From Bispira polyomma (taxonomy: Eukaryota): a DNA stretch of 64,000 nt. Made by a program: the position numbers and the translations under genes. Location: assembly GCA_965649765.1 (NCBI GenBank), contig OZ287761.1, positions 13,392,001 through 13,456,000 on the forward strand. Reading direction: 5' to 3'. Below the pieces are notes generated by a model that did no database searches, had not been told where the DNA came from, and saw only the letters and a program-made list of their open reading frames with translations. Position 1 is the first letter of the stretch; each line of letters starts with the position of its first letter. Positions 60,460-64,000 of the stretch are shown here, piece by piece.

Positions 60460-63400
60460 CTGGAAATATATGTGGGCCTTTATGAACTCACACTAATCTA
60501 AGAAATATGCCTTGTGAATGTAAATGTTTGTAGGTGTATATAGTCTGATATCACCTCTATTGAGGTCTCAGCCGACTTTACACCCCCCCACTCCCCAGCC
60601 TGGGTTCTTACACTTGTCAACCAATTGTTCAGTCTCAGCTCCCTCAAGAAGCATACTAGCCGTGCTGCCACATGCGGCGCACAAAGACTAACACCCATTA
60701 GCGACCAGGGACCTATTTATACACCTGGGTGGAGAGGGACAAGTATGTGTAAAGCACCTTGTCTCTAGGTACAATCCCCAGACCTGCAGCGAGGATCGAA
60801 CCAGGGCTTAAAGATCACTAAGATCCAAAGTCTGACACTCTAACCGCTAGGCCACAAAGACCACATCATGAACAAACACTGACACAATGGAACCTCTATT
60901 ATCCGAACATGCTGGCAGAGCAAGATTTTATTTTGATTAACAGGGGCATTTTAGTACAAAACCATATGAAAACAAAATATGGGAGAGTGAAAATGTGTTA
61001 ATAAAATCTAAATATTCAGAAAAACAGAAGTTTGGATAATAGAAGTTCTAATGTATCTAAAATCTGACTACATATTGGAGGTCTTCGCTGAAAGCTCTAT
61101 TAAAATAAATGGTAACATGTCTTGGTTTTTTCCATTTATAAGGTAATCTGCATTAATTTTGTGGTTTTTTAAAGCATGCATTTAAGTTCAGTGCCATCCA
61201 CTGGAGTGAAACTGATGGGTTTATTATATAAGGAACTAGGGACCGTATTAACAAAAGTTCTTAGTCTTAACCTAATCTTCAGCTTAACATTTATGTCTAA
61301 ACTATTTGATACTGCCTACTGTTAGTTTCAGTGTGGAGTATCAAGTCAACATAAAAGCAAAGTTCTTTTCTTACTGTCACTGCAATTAAGACTAAAATCT
61401 TAACCTTTTTAGACAAAATCAAAGGCCAAAGTCTTAAGCTTAAGACTAAGACCTTTTGTAAATACGGCGTCTGACTTTTTGACGCTCATCTAGAGAAAAG
61501 AACTACCATTATAGAAGATTAAAGTAACAGCATGGCACATATATCCTGTGGGATCCACTCAATTCTTTCTGATGACTTCAAGACATACAAGTAATTGGTA
61601 ATATCCCTGCCATCCCCTGAGAGTTTAACCAGAGATTGGTATGCTGGAAATTTGCAATGTTGGACACAAATTGCAGCTTTCATGTTGTCATCATTTGATT
61701 TTTCCTCCCATTTTGGTTTGCTGCAGAATTCCTTAGTTGAAGACAACACTTTGTAGTTAATGCTGTCTGATGACTTCTCAAGTCATACAGTTAAAAGTAA
61801 TTGATATATATTCCTACCATCCTTGAGATTTTAACCAGACTTTGATATTAACTTGAAGATTTGTACGTTGGACACAAATTGCAACATTCATCTTGGTGAA
61901 CAAACAAAATTTTTTTTTGTTTCATTTGATTTTTTCTTCCATTCTCCCATGTATATGGATATTATTGATATTACCACATATTGACAGGAAACATGGACTT
62001 TCTGGATCCTTCAGTGAAATGAGATTTTAGAGGATATGTTTCATTTTCACAAATATCTTATGACACATATCCTATGTCATTTCTCCAACACAAACTAATA
62101 CATAACATGTTCATTATTATTGCGAATATCACCCATACTATTAGCAGACTTGCATGTGTACTCTAAAATAGCACAAGAATAAAAGACTTTTTCACCATTA
62201 AAGCCACATAACCTGGTCTGACAAAACTCTTAACTTCCTTAAAAAGACAACTACATCTGCTCAGTGACCCAAGATTCCTTTTTTGCCATATATGAAACAT
62301 TGGGGTCTTTAAGAGGGGTACAAGATGAAGCTCCTCTTATTCTTATATCTTTACAGTTGATGGCCACTTTTATGCCGTTGGCTTTATCCCCACATAATGG
62401 GTTCTGGGACCCATATCATGGCGACACAGCTCAACCTGCCTTGATGTTACTATGCATTTCTGGGCTGGTATTCACAAAAAATTGTTATTTTTGAAGTTAA
62501 TGAAATAAAATATGAACTGATGACTTTAATGTTTAATGATTTATTTTGTACCCTCATGGCTAAAAGAGTAATAGAAATGAACAATGAATTGAATAGAATT
62601 GGGATATTTAACGTCCACTCTAGTACCTGTTTAGGTTATATTGGGACGGGTAGTTGGAAACGCTGGAGGGAAAACTGCACACAGTTGATCAAGGTTTTGT
62701 ACTGAAACCAGCGGCCCACAGTAACGGACACCCACCTTTCCCACACAGGCATCGACGAAAGTCAAACCCACGCTGCCCAGAGGTGAAAGACCAGTCATTG
62801 TGTAGAAATGAACAAGTAAGTATCCATTCTATTACAGAAATTAATCAAATGGAGATCTGCTGAGATTACATCATATGGCACTTTATCGCTATACCCGCTG
62901 GACCCATATTCCCGAAAGAAACTCAGACTCAACTCTAATAAAGGACTATGTGGAAGTCATTGCACATAGAATAAACCTATATTTGTGACCAGTCATTTTA
63001 CAAGAGCTCTCAGCACTGAATTCAAATAAAGTAAGGAATCTAAAATTGGCCCTGTATCTGAAATTGACCACCTACAAAATGTTGTGTTTTTGGTAGAATT
63101 GTGGGTAATATTTGCTGAAATTGAGATTTCTGTGACTATTTTGCCTTACTTACCAAAATTCCAGTTATATTTTGCCAGTTTTTATTGATTTAGCTTAAAT
63201 TTTAGGGGATGGAGAATTTCAGATACAATTGCTAATTTTAGATTCCTTATACTCTATGCCGTCAGATTGTACTTAACCTCATCAGAGATAAGGGGGACTT
63301 CACATTTGAGCTTGAGTTGAGCTTTACAATCTTTTTAAAATGAAGCCACTTGATTTACCTGGCTATCATTTATCGAACTGACATAAAGCCACTATGAGAG

Positions 63401-64000
63401 TCAGAGCTTAAACACTTATTAAGCAAAATTCTTGAAATAATACTAGTTTTGGCACTTGATATCTGTCGTTGGAATTACTGTATATTTGACCATCTATTTC
63501 AGGGGTTTTTTTTCGCTAGAATTAATATTCACACAGTTATCAACAACAGACTGTCTTCTCTCATCCAATTAAGGTTGTGGTAAATATCAATGAGAACAAA
63601 CAGTAACACCTTTTCAATTTTGCTCCACAGAATATTGGTTACACAGTTGTATCACTGGCCATTCAATAAGCGCATTCATTTGGCCTTTTTCAAAACGGAA
63701 TACTTATTCTTGTCCTATCTTTGGAAGCTATGCTATTTTCAGAAGCATTCCTAAGCATCCTGGAAGTTAAAACGGAATGCATAGGTCACATGACCAAACT
63801 GGGAACTTAGGTTGGTTAAGAGCTGGCTTTTTACTTAAAAGTCACTTTTGTAGTTATAATATAATAAATATTTGCAACAAAGAAGCTAACTATACTCAAA
63901 TAAGACCAATTACATGATAAATATTTTTATATGTGTTACAAATAAGTATTTATATCTTTGTTCAAAAAGGTTTTTTTGCTTTTTTTTTTTCAAAATAGTT

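Noticed and set aside
60755-60865. tRNA gene
   Set aside because: The A/B boxes belong to a multi-copy SINE head; no full cloverleaf.

Overview
AT-rich, intron- and repeat-rich animal nuclear DNA, most likely an invertebrate (lophotrochozoan-like repeat content; this is inference). Contents from left to right: (1) degenerate DIRS1-type and L2-type retroelement fragments fused on the minus strand (1-3950). (2) An unannotated terminal Death-domain exon with TGA at the conserved Trp (4633-4889, +). (3) A 16-exon gene (14738-33972, +; 4620 nt, 1539 aa by manual splicing) encoding an apparent type II membrane CILP-family protein with a mucin stalk, a receptor-PTP juxtamembrane-like domain, 2 TSP1, Ig, the CILP core, two furin-type sites and a C-terminal VWA. 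Several of its splice junctions are locally duplicated. (4) A calmodulin-like gene with 6 coding exons and a degenerate EF-hand 3 (39971-47796, +). (5) A young, structurally complete Ngaro-type tyrosine-recombinase retrotransposon (49871-56742, -) with A1...B1-A2-B2 split repeats, a TA recombination core, a very long hydrophobic extension of the pol frame and a candidate in-frame gag-to-YR splice. (6) The last two exons of a single-pass Cys-rich membrane protein gene (58412-60459, -). Many SINE, MITE and Helentron-like (HINE) copies are present, several of them nested. All calls come from reading the sequence by eye; no database searches were run.
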